The notes under the pieces were generated by a model. It ran no database searches. It was not told the DNA's origin and saw only the letters and a program-made list of their open reading frames with translations. Made by a program: the position numbers and the translations under genes. Positions 15,021-26,300 of a DNA stretch of 47,761 nucleotides are shown one piece after another (within the stretch, counting starts at the first letter, position 1; the number at the start of each line of letters is the position of its first letter). Origin of the DNA: a virus; IMG/VR virus record IMGVR_UViG_3300048565_000032; one strand, 5' to 3'.

Positions 15021-17621
15021 GTGGCTGAAATCTACGTCTTCGGCAGCAACGGCCAGAGCAACTCTGGCCCCTACCACGACATCGCGTCGTGGCTGCTGAA
15101 TCGACTCGACCTCAACCTGCTGACGAGCACGAACCGGGTCTCGGGCGCCTACGCGCCGACGTTCCAGATGCCCTTCAACGCCCCCGGCTACTCGGGGGCG
15201 GTGTCGCTGAAGGGGCGGGCGATCAGGAACATCAGTTACCTGAACTTCTACAACCCGATCGTCACGGGCTACACCAGCTACCCAGGCACGGGACGGGTGC
15301 TGAGTCTGTTCGGGCAGACCGGGGCGTTCAACCACACAGCGCTGGCGATCTGGGTCGAACAGATGTTCGTGCGCGGGACCCATCAGGTCGCATCCGTGAC
15401 GCGCAAGTCGAACGGCAAGACCTACGCGGTCAAGGCGGTGATGGAGCCGGTGATGGACTTCACCGTCGACATCGGCGTGAGCACGAGCAACTTCGTGCTC
15501 GCCAACAGTGGCCTCTTCAACAACGACCGACTGACACTCTCGTCTACGGGCGGCCTCCCCGGGACTCTGTCTGATACGCTCACCTACTACGTTGTCAACA
15601 AGACTGCTGCCGGCTTCCAGCTGTCACTGACCATGGGCGGTGTGCCCGTGACGTTCACGACGAACGGAACCGGCACGCACTCGGTGAACGTCCTGATGCC
15701 GAACTACGCAGGCAGCCGTCTGGAGTTCGACGTCGTGACCGACCCGTGGTCCGACCCCATCGCGCAGTTCGACGAGGAGTTCACCTACGCGGTCAAGGTC
15801 ACGGACACGGAGGTAGGTGAGGCGGAGGCGCAGCTGAACTTGAACTTCGGCGTCCTCCGAAAGTTCACCGCAAAGCTCACGGGCCTGCAGCTGCGCAACG
15901 TGGCGACAGGCGAGAAGCGCGTCATCGATACGTGGGACCCTGCGACACGCAAGGTCACGTTGGTCAACCTCGTCGGGCTGGCGCCGCAGACGTGGAACAT
16001 CACGGCCGGCGACACGGTGGTGATCGAGCCGCAAGGTGACGTCGCCTTCGACCGCTACTGCGAGTTCCTGCCGTGGTCGATGTTCGAGAGCAACCTCAGC
16101 GAGAACATCGTCAGCAAGGTCAACCCCTACATGCCAGGGTTCGACTACCCCGGCGACTTTCACGCGCCCGCCATCTACGGCACGGACCAACAGACCCCGA
16201 CCGCGGTCAGCGGGACTGGCGGCCTCTTCCTCCGGACGATCTACCCCAACATCGCATGGCACGTCGGGTTCCTCGTCCGCTTGTCGGAGTTCTTCGGGCG
16301 CGAAATCTACTGTCACAGCTGTGACTTCGGCGGCACCAGCGCGACGCACGTCGAAACCGAGATCGGCACACCGACGCTCGGATGGTATGACAAATCGCAG
16401 CAGACCGATTGGTCGATGGGGCGCCAGAACGGCTGCTTCCAGCGCTGGCTCGATGAGCTGGACGCCCTGAAGGCGTGGGCCGATCGCAACGGGCACACCG
16501 TGCGCTACTTCGCGATCGGCCGCAACCAGGGCTTCGCCGACGCGACGGGCGGCAGCGACCCGACCTACGGTGCCACCACGGAACAGGCGGTCGCGAGCGC
16601 CGACAAGTTCTACGAGGTCAACAAGGCCTTGCGCGCGCGCATGCGCGCCGAGATCAAGGCGCGGGGCTTCTGGCCCGGAGACGAATCGGAGATCCCCTTC
16701 ATTCAGCCCCTGGAGCAAGAGGAGTCCGCGCTGCTGATCAACGGCGTCGGCAACCCGGAGCTGCTGAAGAAGGTCAACACGGCTCTGCAGCAGCTCGCCG
16801 ACGAGGACCCGTTCGCAGCGACCTGGGACCAAACCGGGCTGCTCACCGGCACCGACGGAATCCACTTCCTCGGGTCGGAACTCGGCAAGGTGGAGGAGTT
16901 CACCTTCAACGCCTACCGCAGCATCCTCGCGGTGTCCGACCGAACCGCGGAGGTCGAAATCTGCAACCTCGCTCTCAGCCACATCGGGGAGAGCGCGCAG
17001 GTGATCTCGATCGACCCGCCGGATGGCTCCGCCCAGGCCGCGCTCTGCGCTTTGTTCTACAAGCGCGCCCGAAACGCAGTGCTGGAGATGCACAACTGGG
17101 GCTTCGCCTTGCGGCGTAGGTCGCTCGGCGCCGCGATCTCCAGCGGCACCAGCTCCTACGCCTACGCCTACTTCCGGCCCGGCGACGCGCAGCGCATCAT
17201 CTCGGTCCTGCCCCCGGACGCGCCCGGCGACTACGTCTACGTCGATCCACAGACGTGGCCGAACAACTGCTTCGCTACGCCACGCCCGCCGCTCGGCGGC
17301 GTCGTGACGCAACCGTTCGACGAGGGCATCCTAGAAGACGGCACGAAGGTGATCCTCACGAACCAGCCCGACGCTGTCGTGCGCTACGTCGCGAACGTCA
17401 AGAACACGTCCACCTACCCGGACCTCTTCATCCACGCCGTGGCGAAGTATCTCGCGTCCTTCTTGTGTGGGCCTCTCGTGAAGGGGCAGGCGGGCGCCGC
17501 GCTCGGGCAACGCCTGATGCAGGAAGCTCGGTTCGCCGTTCTGCAGGCGGCGTCGCTGTCCGCGGGGCAGCGAAAAGTCGAGCCGGACCACAACCCGTCG
17601 TGGATGTCGGCGAGGCTCTGA
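15021..17621 (+). CDS. Tail adaptor (T7 gp11-like C-terminal domain) fused to an N-terminal SASA/SGNH-like carbohydrate esterase with a large insertion
   Basis: Esterase-like blocks are IYVFGSNGQSNSGPY (aa 4-18), CDFGGTSATHV, AIGRNQGFADA, IPFIQPLEQ and TDGIHFLGSELGKV. The C-terminal ~230 aa begins EICNLALSHIGESAQVISI...NWGFALRR, which is adaptor-like. Confidence 0.55.
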   Translation: MAEIYVFGSNGQSNSGPYHDIASWLLNRLDLNLLTSTNRVSGAYAPTFQMPFNAPGYSGAVSLKGRAIRNISYLNFYNPIVTGYTSYPGTGRVLSLFGQTGAFNHTALAIWVEQMFVRGTHQVASVTRKSNGKTYAVKAVMEPVMDFTVDIGVSTSNFVLANSGLFNNDRLTLSSTGGLPGTLSDTLTYYVVNKTAAGFQLSLTMGGVPVTFTTNGTGTHSVNVLMPNYAGSRLEFDVVTDPWSDPIAQFDEEFTYAVKVTDTEVGEAEAQLNLNFGVLRKFTAKLTGLQLRNVATGEKRVIDTWDPATRKVTLVNLVGLAPQTWNITAGDTVVIEPQGDVAFDRYCEFLPWSMFESNLSENIVSKVNPYMPGFDYPGDFHAPAIYGTDQQTPTAVSGTGGLFLRTIYPNIAWHVGFLVRLSEFFGREIYCHSCDFGGTSATHVETEIGTPTLGWYDKSQQTDWSMGRQNGCFQRWLDELDALKAWADRNGHTVRYFAIGRNQGFADATGGSDPTYGATTEQAVASADKFYEVNKALRARMRAEIKARGFWPGDESEIPFIQPLEQEESALLINGVGNPELLKKVNTALQQLADEDPFAATWDQTGLLTGTDGIHFLGSELGKVEEFTFNAYRSILAVSDRTAEVEICNLALSHIGESAQVISIDPPDGSAQAALCALFYKRARNAVLEMHNWGFALRRRSLGAAISSGTSSYAYAYFRPGDAQRIISVLPPDAPGDYVYVDPQTWPNNCFATPRPPLGGVVTQPFDEGILEDGTKVILTNQPDAVVRYVANVKNTSTYPDLFIHAVAKYLASFLCGPLVKGQAGAALGQRLMQEARFAVLQAASLSAGQRKVEPDHNPSWMSARL

Positions 17622-20611
17622 TGCGCGCCCTGATCCGGTCGTTCATCGGTGGAGAGCAGTCGCCGCAGATGTTCTCTCGCGTCGGCGACCCGCGCGTCGA
17701 CCAAGGGGCGGCGAAGATCCGCAACATGGTCGTGACGCCGCAAGGCACGGCGGAGCGGCGAAACGGAACCCGGTTCGTCGCGGAGACGAAGGTCCACGCC
17801 GAGACGTCGAAGATGGTGTCGTTCAGGTTCTCCAGCAGTCAGACCTTGGCAGTGCAGGTCGGCGCGGGCTTCTTCCGGTTCTACTCGAACTGCGAGATGC
17901 TTCGGCTCAGCTCGACGCCGCGCACCTACGTGACGTCGAAGAACATCTCGGCGGGAAACTTCAACGGAGCAACGAACGAGATCACCTTCAGCGCTGTCCA
18001 CGATCTCGTGACCGGAGACGCCGTCACGCTCAGCGACACCGGCGGCCTGCTCCCGGTGGAGCTGGACGTTGGGGTCGACTACTACGCGATCGTGGTCAGC
18101 ACGACTGTCATCAAGCTGGCCGCTTCGGCGGCCGACGCCACGGCTAGCGTTGCCATCAACTTCACCACAGGAGGCACGGAATCCGGTCGCGTCCACTTTG
18201 TCTACGAGCGGCGCGACCTCGTGCGCTTCGGGTCGACGAACTACTACTGCACGCTGCGCCAGCCGTATGACACGTTGCCGACCGGAGGGTCGCCGGCAGC
18301 GGTGACGTTCGCAGGAAACTTCGTCAACTGGGCCAGCCACGGGCTGGTCGGGCAGACAGCAGTCGTCTTCTTCGGCTCGGGCCTCCCGCCGGCCGTCGTC
18401 GAAGGCCGCGTCTACTACCGCGTGAACGGTGCCGGGTCAGCCGGTTCGATCTCCATCTCGGAGGAACCCGGCGGCCCGATTCTCGGGCTCGGCAGCGGGT
18501 CTGGAACGGGCGTGCGCGCAACCCACTTCTACGCACTCACCGACGACATCTACGAGGTGCCAAACGAATACAGCGAGAGCGACCTCGCCGAGCTGACGTG
18601 GGATTCTTCGTTCGACATCCTCACGTTCGGCAGCAAGAACCATCGACTCTCTGAGCTTCGCCGATTCGGCACGACTAGCTGGGAGTTCGTGCCCGTCTCC
18701 TACCAGCAGACGATCGCGACGCCGGCGATCGGTTCGACTCTGATCGAGCCCGGCGCAACGACCGACATCGTGTCGCTAGGTGTCACTGGCACGGCGATCG
18801 TGTTCAACGCAGACACCGACCACCAGATTGCCATCGGCGACACCGTCATCGCCGAGGGAGTGGTCAACGACTCCGCGGGAACGCCGCTCTCTCTCACGCT
18901 GAGTGGGTTCTACGCTGTCGATCGGTCGACAGCGCCGAACATCTTCACGCTGCGCACCTTCGACGGCGGGGCCAAGGTCCAGATCGCGGGCGTGACGCTC
19001 CCCTACGTCATCGCCAGCCCGATCAAGGTTCGGGTCACGTCGCTCTTGTCGGAGCAGCAGCACATGTATCGTGTGACAGCGGTGGACGAAGACGGGAAGG
19101 AAACGCTGCCGTCCGCTACCCAGAACCTCACCAACAACCTCTTCGTCGACGGCGCGTCGAACACGATCAAGTGGAGCCCTATCGCGGGGGCGGAGCGCTA
19201 CAACGTCTACAAAGAGAAGAACGGCCTCTTCGGATTCATGGGCTCGGTTGAGCACGTCGACGGTGCCATCGACTTCGCGTTCGTCGACTCGGCGCTCGCG
19301 AACATCGCACCAGACCTCGGGCTGACCCCTCCACGATTCGACACCAGCCTCGACGGCACGGACTACCCGCGCGCGGTCGCCCACTTCGAGCAGCGTCGCC
19401 TCGTCGCAGGGACGGACCTGTTCCCTCAGCGTCTGTGGATGACACGGACCGGGACCAACAACGACCTCTCGTTCCACATTCCACTGCTCGACGACGATCG
19501 CATTGTCCTCGACGTGGCGTCGCGGGAGTCCGAGACGATCCGCCACATCATTCCACTCGCGCAGCTGCTCATCCTGACGGACGCGACCGAGTATCGGCTG
19601 ACGCCAGTGAACAGCGACGCGGTCACTCCGACGTCGGTTGCAGTTCGTGCTCAGAGCTACGTCGGTGCGTCGCCAGTGCAGCCGGTCATCGTCAACAACT
19701 CTCTCGTCTTCGCTGCAGCCCGCGGCGGGCACTTGCGGGAGATGGGGTTCAACGCCGACGCCGCCAGCTTCTTGACCGGTGACCTGTCGCTGCGGGCCAC
19801 GCATCTGTTCGACGGCCGCACGATCCGGTCCATCTCTTTCTCGAAGGCCCCCTACCCGATCGTCTGGAGCGCATCCAGCTCCGGGTTCTTGCTCGGTCTG
19901 ACCTACGCTCCCGAGGAGCAGATCGGTGCGTGGCACTCTCATGCGCTCGGGCCCGTCGGCGACAACAACGTGATCACGAACGGCGCCGTCGAGAGCTGCA
20001 CGGTCGTGGAGGAAGGAGAGGAAGACACCCTCTACTTGATGGTCAAGCGCGTCATCAACGGCTCGACCGTGCGTTACGTCGAGTGCCTGCCGTTCGAGCG
20101 CGCAGCAACCTTCGCGGACAACTTCTTCGTCGACTGCGGCGTCTCCCGGTCCGGCGCGATGTCAGTGGTCACGGGCCTCGACCACCTCGAAGGCGAGACG
20201 GTCGACGCCTTCGTCGACGGTGTCGTCTACCGCGGGCTGACGGTGTCGTCGGCGCAGGTCGTTCTCCCGGCCGCGTCCGTGAGCAAGGTTCAGCTGGGCC
20301 TGCCCATGACCGCGCAGGTGGAGACGCTTCCGCTGACGCTCCCGGTCGACGGCTACGGCACGGGGCGCACGAAGAGCACCGACAAGGTCTTCCTGCGCGT
20401 GGTCGATTCGTGCGAGTTCCAGCTCGGCCCCGTCGGTGGCCTGCTGGTGAGGCGCATGCCCGAGCTGTCGCCGACTTCGGCGAAGACGCTGAACCTGCGG
20501 GTGACGGCGATGCCGAAGATCGACGAGGACGCGAGGCTGCTGATCCAGCAAGAACTTCCGGTGCCGCTGACCATCGCCGGTGTTACGATCCTCGCCACGG
20601 CAGGTGATTGA
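17621..20611 (+). CDS. Tail tube/nozzle protein (T7 gp12-like)
   Basis: ATG at 17621 overlaps the previous stop by 1 nt. N-terminus MRALIRSFIGGEQSPQMFSRVGDPRVDQGAAKIRNMVVTPQGTAERRNGTRF is typical of podovirus nozzle proteins. 996 aa. Confidence 0.55.
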   Translation: MRALIRSFIGGEQSPQMFSRVGDPRVDQGAAKIRNMVVTPQGTAERRNGTRFVAETKVHAETSKMVSFRFSSSQTLAVQVGAGFFRFYSNCEMLRLSSTPRTYVTSKNISAGNFNGATNEITFSAVHDLVTGDAVTLSDTGGLLPVELDVGVDYYAIVVSTTVIKLAASAADATASVAINFTTGGTESGRVHFVYERRDLVRFGSTNYYCTLRQPYDTLPTGGSPAAVTFAGNFVNWASHGLVGQTAVVFFGSGLPPAVVEGRVYYRVNGAGSAGSISISEEPGGPILGLGSGSGTGVRATHFYALTDDIYEVPNEYSESDLAELTWDSSFDILTFGSKNHRLSELRRFGTTSWEFVPVSYQQTIATPAIGSTLIEPGATTDIVSLGVTGTAIVFNADTDHQIAIGDTVIAEGVVNDSAGTPLSLTLSGFYAVDRSTAPNIFTLRTFDGGAKVQIAGVTLPYVIASPIKVRVTSLLSEQQHMYRVTAVDEDGKETLPSATQNLTNNLFVDGASNTIKWSPIAGAERYNVYKEKNGLFGFMGSVEHVDGAIDFAFVDSALANIAPDLGLTPPRFDTSLDGTDYPRAVAHFEQRRLVAGTDLFPQRLWMTRTGTNNDLSFHIPLLDDDRIVLDVASRESETIRHIIPLAQLLILTDATEYRLTPVNSDAVTPTSVAVRAQSYVGASPVQPVIVNNSLVFAAARGGHLREMGFNADAASFLTGDLSLRATHLFDGRTIRSISFSKAPYPIVWSASSSGFLLGLTYAPEEQIGAWHSHALGPVGDNNVITNGAVESCTVVEEGEEDTLYLMVKRVINGSTVRYVECLPFERAATFADNFFVDCGVSRSGAMSVVTGLDHLEGETVDAFVDGVVYRGLTVSSAQVVLPAASVSKVQLGLPMTAQVETLPLTLPVDGYGTGRTKSTDKVFLRVVDSCEFQLGPVGGLLVRRMPELSPTSAKTLNLRVTAMPKIDEDARLLIQQELPVPLTIAGVTILATAGD

Positions 20612-20612
20612 C

Positions 20613-21251
20613 ATGGGCTACTGGGACACGGTGGTGACGAACGCGTATCTGGCGTCTCGGCAGGCGAACCAGAACTACGGGGCGATCGCGGACGCAGGCA
20701 CGGTCTTGACGGCCGGGGGAGCCCTCACGCAGGCGATCGGCGTCTTCGCGTCGGTTCTGAACGAGAAGAACCAGCTGAAGGCCGGTGCTCTGACGGCGCA
20801 GTTCCAGTCGTCGGTGGCAGCCATCAGCGCCCGCAGGGCAGAGAAGGACGCACAGGCCTTGATGGAGGCCGGGCAGACCGAGATCGGGCTCCTGGGGATG
20901 CGCTACGCGCAGGAGAAGGCGGCCCAGCGAACGTCCACCGCTGCCGGAGGTGTGGTGGTCGGCACCGGTAGTTCTGCGGAGGCTCTGGCCAGCACCGAGC
21001 TGGCGAAGAAGCTCGACGCGCGCGCGATCAACCTCAACTCGCTCGGGCAGGTCAGCGCTGCGCGCGCTCGTAGCGTCAACGCCTCGAACGAGAGTCTGCT
21101 CGCGCGCGCCTCGGCGCGGAACCTCTCACGGTCCGCTTCGACCATCAACCCGGGGCTGGGCGCTCTCACCAGCCTGATCGGGTCGAGCGGTGCCGTCGCT
21201 ACCCAATGGGTGGCCGGCAAGCGCGCGGAGCTATACGCTCGTCGTTTCTAG
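20613..21251 (+). CDS. Putative internal virion protein (Ala/Gly/Ser-rich, 212 aa)
   Basis: Position after the nozzle gene, and composition. ATG at 20613 is 1 nt after the previous stop. Confidence 0.4.
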   Translation: MGYWDTVVTNAYLASRQANQNYGAIADAGTVLTAGGALTQAIGVFASVLNEKNQLKAGALTAQFQSSVAAISARRAEKDAQALMEAGQTEIGLLGMRYAQEKAAQRTSTAAGGVVVGTGSSAEALASTELAKKLDARAINLNSLGQVSAARARSVNASNESLLARASARNLSRSASTINPGLGALTSLIGSSGAVATQWVAGKRAELYARRF

Positions 21252-21253
21252 CC

Positions 21254-23311
21254 ATGCCCCGCATCCCTCTCCCCACCGTCGGCCGGCAAGTCACCCAGGG
21301 CCCTGGGTCGTCGGCTCCGACCGTCACGCCGTTCAACGACCAGTCCGGCCGTCAGGTCGCGCAGTTCGGCGCCGCGGTCCAGCAGGCCGGGCAAGGACTC
21401 TCCGAGGTCGGGACGCACCTGCAGAACCAGTTCGACGTTGCGGCAGCGAAGGAGGCGGACAACCTCGCAGCGGACGTGCTGCGCAGCGGCCTCGGCACCT
21501 ACCTGCAGACGCAGGGCAAGGCTGCAACCGGCGACGCCTACGACCAGACGTTCAAGGGGCTCCGGCAGAAGATCGACGCCATCGGCAAGAGCCTGAAGTC
21601 GCCCAATCAGGTCGCGATGTTCCGGCGGTCCGTCGACTCGCGCATGCAGGACGCGCTCTACAAGGCTGACGAGCACAAGGCCAAGCAAGTGCTCGTCTAC
21701 GCCATGGCGGAGACCGAGACGCAGGCCAACTCCGCTCTCCGCGATGCGGTCGCGTCCTACGGCACCGACGAATCCGATGTCCATCTCGGCACGATGAACC
21801 GCGCGATCGACGAGATCGCGGACATGCAGGGTTGGGGTGCCGACAGCGAGCAGCGAAAGGCGTTGCACCTGAAGGCGAGCACCGACTTCCACTCGCTGGT
21901 GATCGACAGTCTCGTCACTGACGGCAAGCTGACGCAGGCCGCGCAGCACCTGGAGCAGAACGCCGACGAGATCGATCCTGCGCGCCGCGCCGTGATCGAC
22001 AAGGTCGTGAAGAAGGCGACCGTCGCGGACAAGGCGCAGCGTCTACAGCGAGCGTTCTCCGCCGAGGGCCTGTCGACCATCGACAGCGTCCGCAAGATCA
22101 ACGAGATGTTCGACAACAAGCAGCTGACCGTCGAAGAGCAAGACGAAGCTGTGCGCCGTGTCGCCTACAACGCGGAGCTGCAGGGGTCGCTGCAGGCGCG
22201 TGCCAGTAACGAGCTGTTGGAGAATGCCAAGGCCCAGGTTCTCGGCGGGCAGGAGCTGACGCCGCAACAGAAAGAAGCACTCCGCTTGGCGCGAGTCCTC
22301 GACGACTTCAACGCGTGGTCCGGTCACGGTGGGCAGCACAAGACCAGCGACGCGGGACTGTTCACGATGCAGAAGCTGCAGGAAGACCCTACTGGGTTCG
22401 GCCGCTACAACTCGTGGGACGAGGTGTTCAAGGATCTCCGCGGCCAGCTCGACGACAGCCGTCTCGACACCGTGGCGTCGATGTGGCGGAAGTGGAGGGG
22501 CATCGACACGTCCGAGGACGCCCTCAAGATGGACCTCGACCTGCAGATCACGCGTGCGCTGAAGGACATGACGCTCCTCCCCGAGGTGATCGCGAAGGAC
22601 AAGTTCACGCCGGAGCAGACGGCGATGGTCGATCGGTTCACGGCGGCGGTGATCGACGACGTCAACTCCCACGTCACTGGGCGAAAGGCCGGCGCGAAGG
22701 ACGTCTACGACGCGATCACCCGGCAGAAGAGGAACTCCTTGAAGATCGGCGACGTGCCCACCCCGGTGAGCATCTCACCCAACGACGAACTGCAGGACGG
22801 CATCTGGTCGACGCCGTTCGGTGATGTCGCGGCGGAGAAGATCACGCCAGCGTTCCGCGCCAACGCCAAAGCGAGCTTGCTCGCGTCGGGCCGGCGCGAG
22901 GAAGACATCTACGACATCGACATCGCGACCGAGTTCGCCCGATACGCCACAGAACTCAACAAGCAGACCCAGGAGGTCAAGGCCGCCAACCTGAGCACCG
23001 GTGAGTCCCGTTTGCGGGCGTTCTACAAGGGGCGCATCAACACGATCCTCCAGCAGGTCGCCGTCGACCGTCAGGCATGGGCTGAGATGGAGTTGGCCAC
23101 TGAAGCGAACGTGCCCGCCGCCTACCCCGGCGCGATGCCGACCGCCGAGTCGCTGCACGTCGGCGTCCGCGACTACGTCATCGAGGCCTTCGGTGACGAG
23201 ATGGCGCACTTCGGGTTGAGCGTCGAGCAGATGCGGCGCATCCTCGACAAGGAAGGCAACTACGTGCCGAGGAAGCAGATGTCGACGATCGATCAGCGAG
23301 GGCCCTTCTGA
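21254..23311 (+). CDS. Putative internal virion/ejection protein (685 aa, helical)
   Basis: Start MPRIPLPTVGRQV at 21254. Long helical, charged protein between the nozzle and the giant protein. Confidence 0.4.
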   Translation: MPRIPLPTVGRQVTQGPGSSAPTVTPFNDQSGRQVAQFGAAVQQAGQGLSEVGTHLQNQFDVAAAKEADNLAADVLRSGLGTYLQTQGKAATGDAYDQTFKGLRQKIDAIGKSLKSPNQVAMFRRSVDSRMQDALYKADEHKAKQVLVYAMAETETQANSALRDAVASYGTDESDVHLGTMNRAIDEIADMQGWGADSEQRKALHLKASTDFHSLVIDSLVTDGKLTQAAQHLEQNADEIDPARRAVIDKVVKKATVADKAQRLQRAFSAEGLSTIDSVRKINEMFDNKQLTVEEQDEAVRRVAYNAELQGSLQARASNELLENAKAQVLGGQELTPQQKEALRLARVLDDFNAWSGHGGQHKTSDAGLFTMQKLQEDPTGFGRYNSWDEVFKDLRGQLDDSRLDTVASMWRKWRGIDTSEDALKMDLDLQITRALKDMTLLPEVIAKDKFTPEQTAMVDRFTAAVIDDVNSHVTGRKAGAKDVYDAITRQKRNSLKIGDVPTPVSISPNDELQDGIWSTPFGDVAAEKITPAFRANAKASLLASGRREEDIYDIDIATEFARYATELNKQTQEVKAANLSTGESRLRAFYKGRINTILQQVAVDRQAWAEMELATEANVPAAYPGAMPTAESLHVGVRDYVIEAFGDEMAHFGLSVEQMRRILDKEGNYVPRKQMSTIDQRGPF

Positions 23312-26300
23312 TGTCCGGGTTGTCTCTGCCACCGAACGCAACCACTCCGACCGCAGACCAGCTGACTGAGATCCGACGGCGGCAGGAGGCGGCCCAGGCC
23401 GCCGAGAAGGACCAGCGGATGATGGCGGTGTTCCGCCAAGCGGTGACCATCAACCCGGAGGCTCGCGCCGAGGCGGAGTCGATCTCGAAGAGGCTCGGGA
23501 AGCCCGTCGAAGCGCTCACCGACAACATCGACGTTGCGCGCGAGATGCTGAAGGTCCGCGAGCTGCAGGAGACACGGCGGCAATACCCGAACCTCGACAA
23601 GCGCCTCGACAACCTGGAGTTCACGAGCCTCGTCCACGACGACCTCGGCAACCTGAAGTTGACCGAAGACACGTTCGACTGGGTGAAGCGAAACTTCCGC
23701 ACCGGCAAGTTCATGAACGAGCGCGGCGAGATCGGCGCGCGCATGATGGCCGGGCTGTCCAACTCGGATGACACGCTGCGCCTCGAACAGCTGAAGCTGT
23801 TGACGCAAGACGCTGGGCAGGACACCGGGTTCGTGGCGTCCGCTCTGCAGCTCAGTGGCCAGATGATCGGCCCGATGGCGAAGTCCTTCGCCGCTTCCAC
23901 CGCCGCCGCCGGCGCCGTGTCCCTGTTCTCGGGCCCCGGTGCCACCGTGACCGGGCCGGCTGCCTTCACGACGACTATGCTGGCGTCTACCTTCGCCCAG
24001 ACTGCGGTGATCGAGGGCGGCAACGCTTTCCTCGACATGCGCGACAAGGGCTACGGCGAGGACGTGTCGATGTTCAGCGCCGCCTTCGTCGGCCTCGCCA
24101 ACGGCGCCCTGGAGACCGTCGGTCTCGGCATCGTCCTGAACCCGATCCGCAAGGCCGTGATCCGACGCACGGCCAACAAGCTCGGGCAGGCGCTCGCGCG
24201 GCCGACGACCAAGGAAGCCATCACCACGCTCGCCAAGGACTACTTCGCGAGCGTGTTCGGCGAGGCCGGGCAAGAAGGGGTTCAGGAGTTCGTCAACGTC
24301 ATCGGCGAGGCGTTCGCTCGCGACGCTACCGACCCGAACCTGCCGGCGCCGTCGTGGGGTGAGATCGGGGAGCGAGTCTCGGACGCCTTCATCACGACGG
24401 CCAAGGGCATGGCGCTGCTGGGCCTGCCCGCGCCGGCGATCCGCTTCCACATGGACACGCGCGCAGCTGCCGACGCAAAGGAGCACCAGAACTTCATGCT
24501 CGGGCTGAAGAAGGGCGCGGCAGAGTCGAAGCTCCGCCAGCGCAACCCGAGTGTCTACAAAGACTACCTCCGCAAGACGGCGGAAGGGTCGCCGGTCGAG
24601 AAGCTCTACTTGGACGGCAAGGTGTTCTCCGAGACGCTGCAGCAACTCGACAACGTCGAGGGGTCGGATGTCACCGGGCCTGTCGCCTCCCAGCAGCTGG
24701 AGGCCGCCATGCCCGGCATCCTCGAGCGCGTCGCCGAGGCCGCACGCACCAACAGCGACGTCACGATCGACACGGCGGAGTTCGCTGCGAAGCTGACCGA
24801 GACCGCGGTCGGCGACGCCCTCATGCCGCACACGCGCCCGAGCGAGAGCGCCCGCAGCTTTGCGGAGGTCGAGGCGCGCGCCGAAGACGTGAAGGCGATG
24901 AAGGCCGAGGCCGACGAACTGCTGCAGGAGAAGAGGACCACCGACAAGGAGTTCGTCGAATCGGCGGACCGTGTCGAGGAGAACCTCTACCAGCAGCTCA
25001 ACGCCACCGGTGTCTTGACGGAGAAGGCGATGTCGCGCGCCGTGGCTCAGCAGTATGTGAGCTTCGTCGTCGTGAACGCAGCGCAGCTGAAGATGACGCC
25101 GGAGGAGTTCTACAAGCGCTACCCCTACCGGGTGTTCGCGGCCGAGGCGCAACCGCGCGACAGCGCGGCGTTCGACCAGACCGGTGACCGCCGGACAGAC
25201 TCGCCGGAGTTCCGCAACTGGTTCGGCGACAGCAAGGTGGTCGACGAGAAGGGCCAGCCGCTCGTCGTCTACCACGGCACGGCATCGACGTTCGACACGT
25301 TCAGCAAACAGAAGGCGCAGGACAAAGAGGGGCGTCGGCTTGGAATGGGTTGGGGTGCGGGCAAGTTCTACTTCGCCAGTTCTGGCGAAGCGGCGAGCAG
25401 CGCAGCGCAGTTTGCGGAGATGACGGGTAGGGGCAAACAGCCGCAAGTGATGCCGGTCTACCTGTCGATGCGGAAGCCGATTGATGCAGGTAGCTACCTA
25501 GCGCGAGTGGCTGCGCGCGTCGCCAAAGGTGCCACGCGGGACGCCGCAATCGCGCAGACGGATCGCGAGGTCCGGAAGGAAGGTTACGACGGCATCGTTG
25601 ACCATGTGTCCGGCGGTATCGCAGTCTTCGACCCGACGCAGATCAAGTCCGTCAACAACCGCGGCACCTACGATCCCACCGACCCGAACGTCCTGAACCA
25701 GCTCGGCGACTCGCGCGTCAAGACACCGACGCCTGCGGTCCGCAAGCTGCTGAAGAGCCTCACGCCGGCCGAGCAGCGCAAGATCACCGACAAGACCGCA
25801 GCGAAGGTGATCGCGCAGCTGAAGAAGCTGCCGTCCGCGAAGGAGATGGCGGCCGTCGCTCAGGGTGGCGTCGCGAAGCGCGGGTGGTATCGCGAGAGCG
25901 CGGCGGCCCTCGAAGCTGTGTTCGGCGCGGACGCCCCGCGGTTCGCGATGCTCCTCGCCGCTCTCTCGCCGCAGACCAGCGTCGAGCAGAACCTCACCAA
26001 CGCTCTGAACGTCTGGAAGACCTGGATCGACGCCGGCCGCCCCACCGGCCGTGACGCGATCATCGACGTCATGGCCAGCAGCGTGCAGGGCAAGAGCCGT
26101 GAGAGCGTGCTCGAAGCGTGGATCCCGAACAGCGTCCGCGCCCTCACGACGGACAGTCCGAGCGGCTCCTTGCTGTCCGGACCGAAGGTGAACAGCTTCT
26201 TCCGCAACCTGATCGGTGACACCACCGAGGTCACGCTCGACGCGTGGATGGCCAACTACGCGCTCGTCGACCAAGCGATGTTCGGCGGGTCTCTGACGAA

